Numbered from the stretch's first letter, positions 8,241-17,951 are shown. The stretch is DNA of 64,000 nt from Methanobacteriota archaeon (GCA_963719035.1 CAVRAO010000008.1:384001-448000), one strand, 5' to 3'. Numbers and translations are program-made. Notes: generated by a model from the letters alone, not told the origin.

Positions 8241-11200
8241 CTACAGTGGAGGAGACAAGGGGACTCCATCCTCGATCTTAGACAGGGCTGAGTTCGGGAG
8301 CAATCTCTGACGGAACCGCTCTGGTATCAGGTCCCCAATGCGAGCAGTGGCCGCACAGATCACCGAATCCGCAGCGCCATAGTAGACGATCAGTTCATCA
8401 TCCGCATCGAGGATGCCCTTCTCCCCGTCTCTTGGGACGGCTCCACATGTGTACACGACGCGGGGAACCCACGACCGCTCATCCTCGCCCAGCTCCCATT
8501 CGTCTTCCGGCTCTAGAATGAAGTTGGGGGAACGATAGAGCAGTTTAGCGGGATTGTCCAGGTCCAAAAGCATAACCCCCAGCCGATAGATATGCGCATA
8601 GTCGACTCCGTGGGTGATGAGCAACCAGCCGAACCTGGTTTTGATCGGCTGTGAGCCGCCGCCGATCTTGGTCGCATCCCACATCATCCCGCAGGTGGCT
8701 CCCGCCAGTATTTTATGCATCTTTCTGGGCCAGGGGCAGCTCAGGTGGGGAGAGAAGGTCACCCATATATGCGGATCCACGCGATGCAGCATCGCGTACT
8801 TCCCGTTGAACTGCTCCGGAAACAAGGTGGCATCTTTGTTGAAGATTCCGGGGAACACCATACCGTGTCTCTCCCAGGCTTTCCAGCGTCTATGCAGAAA
8901 CGCATCCACTGGAATTGACGCTAAGGCGATTTGGGCCGTCATGCCATCGTAGGCAGTGTAGGTCATGTAAATATGATCCCCCATCCGTGTCAGACGAGGA
9001 TCCTCGCACCCTTGAGCGTCCGCCTTTCCCTCCGGCTCGAAGATGGGATGATCGAGCCGGCGTGTGAATCTGAATCCGTCGTCGCTGATGGCGAGGCCTA
9101 GCCGCGAGACGTTGTCTTCGCCGAATGCACGATAAACCAGATAGATCTTGCCATCCAATTTGATCGCGCCCGCATTGAGCACATATCTGGATTCCCAGGG
9201 ATGGTCTTTGACGGGCTTGAGCGCCGGATTATGCGCATACCGCTTTAGCATTCCGGCCGGAGACTGCCCTTCGATGGGACATGCTGTTGCTTCGGGCATG
9301 ATTTCGCTGGCTTCCTTTTCCGTTCCCAGCACCAGTCGGGCCAAATCTTCCCGTGCCCTTCCCTGTCCCATCAACTCGGTCACCTTCCCTCTCAAGTCTT
9401 CTTCGTTCCCTCCGGCAGCTTTGAAATATTCGAGGAGGAACTCCCTGGACGCCCAATCCGTCTCTACGTGCGCTGAGAGGGGTGGGGGAGAAGTCCTGCC
9501 CCCTCTGAAGCTGTAGCTCGCCCACGACCATGCGGAGCACGTCACAAAGCCGCCATCAGGGAGCGACAATGCCAGATGATAGGAATCGGCTACCGATCTG
9601 AGATCATCGGCTAGCGCCAGTCGATCCTTATTGCCCGGATTCTTCATGGCGATGGCCTCAGCCATCTGGCGCAGGCGCGTGGCCACTGATTGATGGATGG
9701 CGGCTTCGAATATACAGTGCGCCGAGAGAGGGTTTCTTCCCCAGTGGCCCTCAATCGACTCAATGATCTTCCGGCCAAAGTTCTTTCGCTCCAACGCAAA
9801 TCCCTGCCACACCTGACCGAACATTTCAGCCTCGACGATATTCTTGACAATGGTCGTCAGGTATCGTAGCCGGGGTAATTCACCGCCCATCCCCTTATGA
9901 AGGCTGGTCACCAAAATGCTGGAGCCCAATTTATCGAGGGCAGAAGAATCCTGCATCTCCGCCAGCGACGGGAAATCATCGCCATTGACCACGAGCGACT
10001 TAATATCGCAGGGGCCAGCATGTTCGGAACGAATGGCCTCCCGAATGAAGCCCCAGAGCCCCTCGACGTAGTCCCGATCCTCTACCCAGCTCACCAATGC
10101 CAGAACGTCCCGGGGATCGTATTTTTGCAGGAGTTCATCCAGCGTGTCAAAACCGAGTATGATCGGCAGAACCGTCGGCGGCATTTGCGCCAATATCGCA
10201 GAGATCAATTCGGGAACCAGGGAGAAGGCCTCCTGATGGGGGCAGTCGGCAAAAACAGCGTCGACCACCTGTTGGGTGCCTTCGATGGTCGAGAGATCGA
10301 TATCGGGGAAAAGACGGTTCTCCACAGAGAGGAGGAATTTGTGGACAGCACGAGACGTTTCCTGAGAGCTGGCTTCGCGCCGGACTCCCAGCCGCTCATA
10401 GACGAAATGCTCGAATTCTTGGCGGCGTCTGGCAAACACCGAATCATAAACATCGTTTGCCGTGACGATACCGCCGTCGGGGGCTCGTAACTGCGACGGA
10501 ACCACCAGAGGCACGCCGGGAATGAACTCCCGATAGGTCACATGGGGCACCGGGGGTTTGAGCGCTTCGGCCTGCTCCTGCCATGCTGCCATGAATGTCG
10601 GCCTCTGAACGAGGAACTCATTCACCAGCGCTTCGGTCCGCGACTCGGCTTCGATGGAGATGAGATGGTCGGCATTCACAGGGGCGGTCGACTCCAGTTC
10701 AGTCTTCAGCGCTTCGATTTCGATCAAGTTGCAACCGGTGAACCCTTCATACAGTGGAATGACGGAATCGCCTAAGTCATCCTGGGAAAAGTCTCGATTG
10801 AAGGCATAAGCCAAAAGCAGAGTATACAGGATGGTCGTCCACAGGCCGGCTGAGAATGTGAACTCCCTCGCTTGGACGTCAGCCATATTCTCCAGTTGCC
10901 GGTAGATCTCAGCCGGGAATATCTTGTCGTACAGCCAATGGAATTGGTTGAAACCCTCCTGATATTTGGCCATCAGCACATCCGTAGTCGTCTCTGAATC
11001 CACAGGCCGGTGCGATTTCCGAACGCCGACTGTCGGTAATCGTTTCAGAATAGGCGGCTCTTCAGTGATTTGAGTCGATTGCCACCAACCCTGGTCTTTA
11101 AGAATTTGATCGAATAGCGATCGGGTCATCTGCCGGAACACCAGTTCCCGCTTCGCTCCTGATTCTTTATGGATTTTCACCCCGAGGTTGGCTTCGCCGA

Positions 11201-11948
11201 TCCGGGCGTTGGTGACGATAGCGTTGGTGACAAGCCAAGCATCTACCCCATGTCCACTGGTTGTTGTGTTCCAGTTGCGGCGCGCATCATCCCGATACAC
11301 CCGAAGCAGTTGGTGGGCAATGCCCCAGAGGCCGCTCCTGAGGGAATAGACCGGAGAGTTGTACACTGAACTGAGCAATGGATACGTCAGACTGGCGTGC
11401 GTGAGGACGTCCGGATAAGGCAAATTGAACCGAGAGACCACCAGATCCATCTGACCACGCTTGACGGGGTCGAGCAAAGACCGAATCCACTCCGGGGCAA
11501 GCCCCAGCACTTCTTCTTTGCTGCTTCTGCTGGCCAGATCGGCCTCCAGCAGGACCAGATCGCTACCCAGTCGATCCGCGATCTCTATGATCGCGCGGAT
11601 ACTCCAACCCTTCCCATCCAGTAGGTCATCGTCGAATGTGAAGGCGATCCGCTCCACAAGGGATTCCTTCCTTAGACGCGTGGAGTTGATGGCCTCGAGC
11701 GCTTTTCCGCCCGCCGGAGACCCGGCGGCCACGATCACCGATTTCGCATCGGGATAGTATTGATCCAGTCCCTGGACGGCCGTCCTTAACACGTGACCAA
11801 TCGAGTCCGCTTCATTGAAGAAGGGAATCCCCACAACGATATCCGCTGCGCCTATGTGCTGCGCCTGACCGAGAGGGCCCTTTATCGCCTTCCGAAAACG
11901 GTCCCGCAGCTGGTTGCGGCTCGCGATTCCATTCAGAGGGATTGGCAC
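8241..11948 (-). CDS. Fusion of a glucosyl/mannosylglycerate-synthase-like glycosyltransferase, an unknown middle region and a GH130-family glycosidase/phosphorylase
   Basis: N-term DIVVGIPFFNEADSI..GKG..EADL..PEWI..L; C-term NP.L.P..WES..VLNAGA, YRA.GED, GCEDPR, YTAYDG, NKDA.LFPE, KIGGG, HGV, VP.VV. Confidence 0.82.
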   Translation of the reverse strand: MPIPLNGIASRNQLRDRFRKAIKGPLGQAQHIGAADIVVGIPFFNEADSIGHVLRTAVQGLDQYYPDAKSVIVAAGSPAGGKALEAINSTRLRKESLVERIAFTFDDDLLDGKGWSIRAIIEIADRLGSDLVLLEADLASRSSKEEVLGLAPEWIRSLLDPVKRGQMDLVVSRFNLPYPDVLTHASLTYPLLSSVYNSPVYSLRSGLWGIAHQLLRVYRDDARRNWNTTTSGHGVDAWLVTNAIVTNARIGEANLGVKIHKESGAKRELVFRQMTRSLFDQILKDQGWWQSTQITEEPPILKRLPTVGVRKSHRPVDSETTTDVLMAKYQEGFNQFHWLYDKIFPAEIYRQLENMADVQAREFTFSAGLWTTILYTLLLAYAFNRDFSQDDLGDSVIPLYEGFTGCNLIEIEALKTELESTAPVNADHLISIEAESRTEALVNEFLVQRPTFMAAWQEQAEALKPPVPHVTYREFIPGVPLVVPSQLRAPDGGIVTANDVYDSVFARRRQEFEHFVYERLGVRREASSQETSRAVHKFLLSVENRLFPDIDLSTIEGTQQVVDAVFADCPHQEAFSLVPELISAILAQMPPTVLPIILGFDTLDELLQKYDPRDVLALVSWVEDRDYVEGLWGFIREAIRSEHAGPCDIKSLVVNGDDFPSLAEMQDSSALDKLGSSILVTSLHKGMGGELPRLRYLTTIVKNIVEAEMFGQVWQGFALERKNFGRKIIESIEGHWGRNPLSAHCIFEAAIHQSVATRLRQMAEAIAMKNPGNKDRLALADDLRSVADSYHLALSLPDGGFVTCSAWSWASYSFRGGRTSPPPLSAHVETDWASREFLLEYFKAAGGNEEDLRGKVTELMGQGRAREDLARLVLGTEKEASEIMPEATACPIEGQSPAGMLKRYAHNPALKPVKDHPWESRYVLNAGAIKLDGKIYLVYRAFGEDNVSRLGLAISDDGFRFTRRLDHPIFEPEGKADAQGCEDPRLTRMGDHIYMTYTAYDGMTAQIALASIPVDAFLHRRWKAWERHGMVFPGIFNKDATLFPEQFNGKYAMLHRVDPHIWVTFSPHLSCPWPRKMHKILAGATCGMMWDATKIGGGSQPIKTRFGWLLITHGVDYAHIYRLGVMLLDLDNPAKLLYRSPNFILEPEDEWELGEDERSWVPRVVYTCGAVPRDGEKGILDADDELIVYYGAADSVICAATARIGDLIPERFRQRLLPNSALSKIEDGVPLSPPL

Positions 11949-12097
11949 TTTATGCTCCTTTGGGAATCCTGGTCAAGACCTGGAAACCCCCCGACCCGGT
12001 ATGTGGAATTTCAAGGGGTCTTACCACCTTCTCTGTCCATGCAATATGTCTCTTTCTGCTGCGACTGCTGTGTGGCAGCCTATCACGTCCACACAAA

Positions 12098-12200
12098 GGT
12101 TTGACTGCGTTAGATTAGATCGGGCGCCACTAAGGTCTGATAAATTTAGTTTTGTTTTTTCAACCTGCCGCCGTAAGCGTTTGTGGAGAGACGTTCGCAG
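12098..12200 (+). repeat. Bipartite direct repeat, copy 2
   Basis: See 1409-1524; encodes the same GLTALD* ending without an upstream gene body. Confidence 0.8.
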
Positions 12201-12256
12201 TAAAACGACAACACCCGCCTTTGTTGGATGTTGCTCTGCAACATCGACACATTTAT

Positions 12257-12433
12257 TTAATCATCCTCAATGCCCTCAAGAACTTCTTCTAAGATCTCTC
12301 TCACCCGCCTATTGGTCATCGCAGCAGAACGGGCCAGCTTCGTTTCAGGGAACGAAACGTCTTTAGACAGTTGGTCTAGGTCTTCTTTCTCATGGTTGAG
12401 CAAGTCAAGAACCTCTAATAGCCTCTCTTTCAT
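12257..12433 (-). CDS. 58-aa acidic helical microprotein (not in ORF track)
   Basis: MKERLLEVLDLLNHEKEDLDQLSKDVSFPETKLARSAAMTNRRVREILEEVLEGIEDD; GAGGTGA SD. Confidence 0.7.
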   Translation of the reverse strand: MKERLLEVLDLLNHEKEDLDQLSKDVSFPETKLARSAAMTNRRVREILEEVLEGIEDD

Positions 12434-12507
12434 TTATTCACCTCTTATAATCAGAAGGTTTCATAACAGTCCTTCTGCCATCTTTTTCACCTTTTTAAAA
12501 ATACTTG

Positions 12508-12792
12508 CTAACTAAACTTTGCAGCAGAGCGTAACGTAACGTTTTGAATCTCCAGGCCTCTCCCTCTGTTGCTGTCAACGTTCAGTTTCTTAACGTAGTG
12601 CGAACATTCATTTTTGCATTTTAGTATCTCGATAGGAACGCCGGTCATATACCACGCGCACATAGGGCCGTTAGACTCCGTACGGTATGCTTCGCGTTCA
12701 CGTTTACAGCGGCGATATACGAAGACGCACTTGCTACACGGAGCTGGAACTATGCCAGAACCGTCCCCCACAAATCTACTATAGTCAGTCAT
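12508..12792 (-). CDS. Small Cys-rich protein
   Basis: PCSKC...MCAWY...PIEIL...EC; 94 aa. Confidence 0.55.
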   Translation of the reverse strand: MTDYSRFVGDGSGIVPAPCSKCVFVYRRCKREREAYRTESNGPMCAWYMTGVPIEILKCKNECSHYVKKLNVDSNRGRGLEIQNVTLRSAAKFS

Positions 12793-12867
12793 CTGCTTCC
12801 GTGGAAAAAAAGCAGCCTTCGATTATGCTCGATTATATATTGTTGACTGCTGCTAACAACGGACTGC

Positions 12868-13431
12868 CTAAGAAGAACCGTAAGACTCTTGAGAGAACGC
12901 CCAGCTGTGGAAGATCAAATTTTGACCGTAATTGCACATGAACCAGTTAGCACTGTGGTTGCCCACCCATACCTCTTCGTAAGCTTTCGTAGCTTTGTAC
13001 GCAGCCGTATGTGTTCGGTTGACTTTGTATCCTTCCTTCAGTTTAGCAGCTATCGTTGCATTATACACATTTTTCGCTGCGGCTTTCGACTTGGTCTTCT
13101 CAATGACGATCGTCACGCGTGGACTGCCCGGAGTCGCGTTTCTCCCAACTCCCTTGTAAACGTCGTTCCCTCGCGCATTGGTTGACTTTGCGAACGGCCG
13201 TTCCATAGTGAGATTGTAGGATTCATACTGTTCAGTCAGGGCGCTGCTGTAATCGGCAGGCGTTTTTATTGGCGTGGACGTTGTCGTGGACGTTGTCGTG
13301 GACGTGGGCGTCGGTGACGACGTACTAGGGAGGCCGACCGTACAACCGGCTGCTGACAGCGATGCGACCAGAATAAGCGCTACAATCGCCGGTGTTTTTT
13401 TTATCATAAGTTTCGCCTTCGGTATAAACAC
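12868..13431 (-). CDS. Predicted lipoprotein with Thr/Ser-rich linker
   Basis: KK, hydrophobic stretch, lipobox-like AAGC; short 12-bp tandem repeat encoding STTT. Confidence 0.75.
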   Translation of the reverse strand: MFIPKAKLMIKKTPAIVALILVASLSAAGCTVGLPSTSSPTPTSTTTSTTTSTPIKTPADYSSALTEQYESYNLTMERPFAKSTNARGNDVYKGVGRNATPGSPRVTIVIEKTKSKAAAKNVYNATIAAKLKEGYKVNRTHTAAYKATKAYEEVWVGNHSANWFMCNYGQNLIFHSWAFSQESYGSS

Positions 13432-13485
13432 ATAAAACTCGACTTTTACAGCATATATCTTAGCATGCTTGCGCAGTTGAGAGGC

Positions 13486-14046
13486 CTAATTCCTTTTTAA
13501 GATGGCGTAAACGGCTCCAATAGCGATGAGCGCAAAGACGCCAAGGACGCCAGCAACTAAAGGCACGTTTATGTCTGTAGGCGCTGATGCGGGCGCGTTA
13601 CCTTGGACGGTATACGTCACGTTAGTCGCTAGTGCTCGGAGGACCGTCGAACCGCCTCCCACGTTTTGAGTCGTTGACGAATTAACGACCATGCGTGAGC
13701 TGAAAGTGCCCTCATTGGCATCGCTCGGCACGTCAAGCCTCACAGCTATGGTGATGTTTGATTTTGGAGCGATTGAACCGGATGAGGGCGACGCTGTGAG
13801 CTGACCGCTCGTGTTTGCTACATTGGTGAAGGTGACAGAATACGCAAGCGTCGAATTGTTGGCGGTGTTGGTGAGGACCACGTCCCGCTCTGCACTCCCC
13901 CCTCGTCCGACCGTGCCGAAATCAATGAGATTTGAAACGCTTGGGCTAGTTTGTGCGTTTACTGCTGTACTTATGGCAACAAGAACCGTAAGGAAAATAA
14001 CAAAAAGAGGCGTTGCGCCTCGCTTAACATTAAAGCTCATTTGCAC
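13486..14046 (-). CDS. Secreted Ig-like protein with C-terminal TM anchor
   Basis: Signal peptide, IDFGTV..G, PSSGSIAP, C-terminal hydrophobic helix plus KRN. Confidence 0.75.
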   Translation of the reverse strand: MQMSFNVKRGATPLFVIFLTVLVAISTAVNAQTSPSVSNLIDFGTVGRGGSAERDVVLTNTANNSTLAYSVTFTNVANTSGQLTASPSSGSIAPKSNITIAVRLDVPSDANEGTFSSRMVVNSSTTQNVGGGSTVLRALATNVTYTVQGNAPASAPTDINVPLVAGVLGVFALIAIGAVYAILKRN

Positions 14047-14186
14047 CCCCGCTCGCTTACTTTCATTCGACCATCAAAGAACATTTCGGCTATTTCCGGT
14101 CAATCGACCTGTTGATGGCACAATCGGTACCACGTCCTTTTCGGTTTGTGCCAACGAATCCAGGCAATTCACAGCCTTATCTAGCT

Positions 14187-14366
14187 TCAAAGCTCTAACA
14201 CGCGCACGGAGCAAACGTTGCGGAAGGGTATGAACGTCGAGCCCGTAGCAGCAGAACTTATGGTCAAACCGATGGCGTCAACGTCGACGAGGTTTCCTTC
14301 CCACTCAGTATCCTTTTGTATGCTCTTTATAGTAACGCGTTTCCCAATTTTCGTTTTTAACCACAT
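14187..14366 (-). CDS. Small Sm/Hfq-like fold protein (59 aa)
   Basis: IGKRVTI...EGNLVDVD..GLTI...FIPFRNV.SV; AGGTG SD. Confidence 0.55.
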   Translation of the reverse strand: MWLKTKIGKRVTIKSIQKDTEWEGNLVDVDAIGLTISSAATGSTFIPFRNVCSVRVLEL

Positions 14367-14493
14367 AATGGCACCTTTCTTACGTTTGCATTGTAACTGA
14401 ATAAAAAGATAGCGACTGTGCAAAAAGAGACTTTTTCTTCTTCTTACATTGTGATCATTGACCCATCTGATGCGTGATGCTCAAAAAAACTCC

Positions 14494-14544
14494 CGAATCC
14501 TTCGTCTTCACACGGCGAAAGAGCCAGGTCCGAATCCGGCCGGG
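14494..14544 (+). other. Degenerate 3' half of tRNA-Val(CAC), attR-like; direct-repeat copy 2
   Basis: Stem tcgtc/ggcga with loop tt-CAC-ac, then T-arm-like ggtccgaatccggccggg; no D-arm or 5' acceptor strand. Confidence 0.65.
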
Positions 14545-14810
14545 GGATATGCTATTTTGTGATTGCCACAACCTAAGCGACACGAAAGCTTTCGTGTGCT
14601 GATGAATCGTAGAAAGGGTTGAAGTGTACGCGGGCCAAGGGGTGTGGTACCAGCAAAGTCACTAATGTTTAAGTATCTCGTTATTGAGAGTACTCGTCCG
14701 GTCACAGCAATTTGGCTCGTTCTCGAATGGGAAGTAGTTTAGTTGTATGCGAAAGTGCGGTCGGCACAAAATGGGAGCGATTTGAACGTCATTGCATTAA
14801 GGAGTGGTTG

Positions 14811-15680
14811 ATGAAATATTCGTGTTCTTCAAAGGCTTTGCAGCGCCAGAAACGAACGCAACTAGCGATGATTCGCTTGCTAAAAAGACGTCGAGGCGGA
14901 TTTAAGCCGAGCGGTTTTGAGATCGGCCACGTTGACGTAGCCATTCCCGACCTCGATCCTTCATTTCACGGGTATATGATCGCAAGTATCGCGGACATTC
15001 ATCTGGATGAATGGTCCAACGCGCGACGTTTTGAAGAGGTGATTAATCTCATCAACCGGCAGCACCCTGATTTAGTGGCAATTATCGGCGATCTCTTCTC
15101 CTACGAGGTTGACGGACTCTCGCAGCAGATGGCCACCTCTTTGAACAAACTGCAGCCAAAAGATGCCAGCGTTGCCGTTCTCGGAAATCATGATCACTGG
15201 GCCGGCGCGGCAGCTGTTCGCAAGGTTTTGGAACAAAGCAATGTTATCGATCTGAGTAACGACGTATTCACGATCAACAAGGGACGAGCGACGCTGCACG
15301 TCGCTGGGGTTGACAGCGTTATGTCAGGGAACCATCAGTTGGATGCGGTCCTGGATAAGCTTCCGCCGCTGGGCCCAGCAATCCTGCTGGCACACGAGCC
15401 TGATTTCGCAGATATAAGCTCTGCTACTGGTAGATTCAGCTTGCAGATTTCGGGACACTCGCACGGAGGACAGTGGATCGTGCCCGGAATCGGACCCCCG
15501 ATTCGCGGCATCTATGCTCGAAAGTACCCCCTTGGACGATATCGCGTGGGAAACATGACGCATTACACGAACCGTGGCATCGGGGCGAGTATAATCCGTC
15601 TAAGGATCAATTGCCTGCCGGAGATTACACTCTTTACGTTGATGCCCTCAGGGAATGCGTTTAACTATAGGACTAATTGA
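14811..15680 (+). CDS. Calcineurin-like metallophosphoesterase (YkuE/YaeI-like)
   Basis: ADIH, GD, LGNHD, AHEPD, SGHSHGGQ, NRGIG; start uncertain. Confidence 0.9.
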   Translation: MKYSCSSKALQRQKRTQLAMIRLLKRRRGGFKPSGFEIGHVDVAIPDLDPSFHGYMIASIADIHLDEWSNARRFEEVINLINRQHPDLVAIIGDLFSYEVDGLSQQMATSLNKLQPKDASVAVLGNHDHWAGAAAVRKVLEQSNVIDLSNDVFTINKGRATLHVAGVDSVMSGNHQLDAVLDKLPPLGPAILLAHEPDFADISSATGRFSLQISGHSHGGQWIVPGIGPPIRGIYARKYPLGRYRVGNMTHYTNRGIGASIIRLRINCLPEITLFTLMPSGNAFNYRTN

Positions 15681-15738
15681 GACAGTAGCTTACGTTAAAG
15701 ATGTCAACCGTTAATAGAAGTAATTGTAACAAACGAAA

Positions 15739-16929
15739 ATGGTAGGAAAAGACTTTCTCATCGAGCTTTTTCAAGCGGCTGAAATGCGCCGCTGGAACGA
15801 CAAGCTGTGTCCACTCCCCCTTACCGAGCTGGATAAACAGGGACACAAGATGACCATTGCCTACGTGCTCGGCAAGTTCGCCGAACATGAGGGCGGCTTC
15901 AGCTGGACCGAGATCATCGAGGGCGGACTTTTTGAGTACTTCGAGCGCCTCACCCTCACTGACATCAAGCCACAGGTCTTCGAGCGGATCAAAGCCAACG
16001 AAGAGACCTTTACGGAGCTCAAAAAAGAGGTCTATGCCCGCTTCACGCCCCTCATCGCCGACCTAGACGGCTTGGATGAACGATTCGAGACGTATCTTTT
16101 CCATCCGCAGGACTCCATCAACCGAAAGATCCTCGACGCCGCCCACTTTTACGCAACCAAGTGGGAGTTTGACATTATCAAACACGAGAACTGGAACGAC
16201 TACGAGATCGACGAGATCCAGCGCGGCCTGCAGCGGCGGCAGGAGGCGCTCTCTGACGTGGATGGGCTACAGAAGCTTGCCCTGTTTCCGACCTACCGCA
16301 GCTTCGTCGACTTGTGCGGGCGGCTTCGGTTCCAGGTGCGGTGGGGGCAACTGTACCGGGTTCCGCGCACCTCGGTGCTTGGCCATATGCTTATCGTTGC
16401 CATCCTGTCGTACCTGTTTTCCCTTACGATTGACGCATGCCCCAAACGGCGCGTTAATAACTACTTCGCCGGCCTCTTTCACGACTTGCCTGAGGTTCTC
16501 ACTAAAGACGTCATCAGCCCCGTCAAGAGGGCCGCCACTGGCGTCGACCGCTTCGTTAAGGAGTTTGAAAGAGACGAGATGCAACGGCGGATTTACCGAC
16601 CGAAGCTTATCCCAGAGGCGTGGCAGCCCGAGATGCGCATGTTTACCGAGGACGAGTTTGTCTCGAAGGTGACGGTCGAGGGGAAACTGCAGAATACGAC
16701 CTCTGACGCGATAAGCGCGTCGTACAACGATGACCGGTATAATCCGGTCGACGGCGAGCTGGTCAAAGCAGCCGATGATCTCGCAGCGTTTATGGAAGCG
16801 TATTTGGCGTTGCAGAACGGTATCTCGAACGCACAATTGCGAACCGCTGTTCGAGAGAAGAGCTTGTTCTATCGCCATAAGACGATTGCTGGCATAGACT
16901 TCGGCAAAGCGTACAAAGGTTTTCAATAG
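15739..16929 (+). CDS. Tandem HD-domain protein (YfbR-like metal-dependent phosphohydrolase)
   Basis: RWND..ELDKQGHK and RWGQ..SVLGH..FHDLPE..KAADD. Confidence 0.85.
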   Translation: MVGKDFLIELFQAAEMRRWNDKLCPLPLTELDKQGHKMTIAYVLGKFAEHEGGFSWTEIIEGGLFEYFERLTLTDIKPQVFERIKANEETFTELKKEVYARFTPLIADLDGLDERFETYLFHPQDSINRKILDAAHFYATKWEFDIIKHENWNDYEIDEIQRGLQRRQEALSDVDGLQKLALFPTYRSFVDLCGRLRFQVRWGQLYRVPRTSVLGHMLIVAILSYLFSLTIDACPKRRVNNYFAGLFHDLPEVLTKDVISPVKRAATGVDRFVKEFERDEMQRRIYRPKLIPEAWQPEMRMFTEDEFVSKVTVEGKLQNTTSDAISASYNDDRYNPVDGELVKAADDLAAFMEAYLALQNGISNAQLRTAVREKSLFYRHKTIAGIDFGKAYKGFQ

Positions 16930-17002
16930 ATCGCAGGGATCGGCGGCGCAAATGCTCGGCACTCAGCGATTCTTAAAACAACAAGCATAGCTTACTACTC
17001 AC

Positions 17003-17105
17003 GGTCAAATGCCCCAAGACTTGATACAGGATCGCAAAGAAATAAACCCGGGACGCGACCGGCTGAATCAACAAAAGCACTGTGATTTGCCTTGGGGCTT
17101 TGACC
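17003..17105. repeat. ~100-bp element with 15-16-bp terminal inverted repeats (MITE/REP-like)
   Basis: ggtcaaatgccccaag (17003-17018) and cttggggctttgacc (17091-17105). Confidence 0.5.
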
Positions 17106-17224
17106 AAACACCATATTCTTTCGTTGATACTATTTTAACGCTTTGAAAACGATCGGTTTTTGATAAAGAAAATACGCTAACTTATCAAAAATCGATAAGA
17201 GCGCACGCATTGCGCGCTTTATTC

Positions 17225-17647
17225 CTACAGTCGCTTGGCTAGACTGGATGCACCAAGCTGTCGGAGGATCCCAAACAAGTTGAGCTCGCCCCACTGCTCC
17301 GCAACTCTACCCTTCTCGACGCGGAAGATGGTAATTCCTTCCAGGGTCACCCGCTTGCCAGTGGGAGGGACGTCTAAGAAGGGCCCCTTGTGCGTCGCGT
17401 ATCCAGACCACCGAATCACTACCTTATCAGCCTCTGCGATCGTGTCCTCGACGGCGATTTCGGCATCAGGAAATGCAGTACGATAGACCTCACTCGCTTG
17501 CATTGTGCCCTTTACGCCCGGCAATTGACTTTCCAGAGGGTTATGATCAACAAAGCCGGACGCAGTCGTTTCTTCGAGCGTCCTTAAATCGCCTGAATCG
17601 AATGCTCGAAAGTTGCGCAGCGCAATTAGCTCGATTTCTCTCTTCAA
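17225..17647 (-). CDS. SnoaL-like ester cyclase (NTF2 fold)
   Basis: AFPD..ED.IAE.DKV..RW..TH.GPF..VPPTGK. Confidence 0.9.
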   Translation of the reverse strand: MKREIELIALRNFRAFDSGDLRTLEETTASGFVDHNPLESQLPGVKGTMQASEVYRTAFPDAEIAVEDTIAEADKVVIRWSGYATHKGPFLDVPPTGKRVTLEGITIFRVEKGRVAEQWGELNLFGILRQLGASSLAKRL

Positions 17648-17726
17648 TAGACATGTCTTTTCAGAGGCTCTTACGGTTTGATCTCTGCGCTACATACAGC
17701 GACATTTGGCGCTAAAAAAAGCTTCT

Positions 17727-17951
17727 TTACTCTTTAGCTGCCCCTTTTATACAGTAGAAGGCTTCGCCGAGCTCAAACGTTGCCGATACGGGGCACACGT
17801 TGCACGGACATTTAACGCGTCGTGGAATTTTCGGACTTGCGCCGATAGCGCAAAAAAGCGTATCACTTAGCACGTTCTGATTGTACGTCGGACAATCCCC
17901 TTTATCACAAATGCAGCTCTTCCTGTTGGCTTCGGTGTCTGGTACCTGCAT
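17727..17951 (-). CDS. DUF2769-type Cys-rich small protein
   Basis: CIC..CPTY..LFC..G.S..CPC..CPV..FYC..G. Confidence 0.8.
   Translation of the reverse strand: MQVPDTEANRKSCICDKGDCPTYNQNVLSDTLFCAIGASPKIPRRVKCPCNVCPVSATFELGEAFYCIKGAAKE

Noticed and set aside
14494-14544. Functional or split tRNA-Val
   Set aside because: No D-arm or 5' half, T-arm mismatches, and no obvious leader for trans-splicing; better explained as an att remnant
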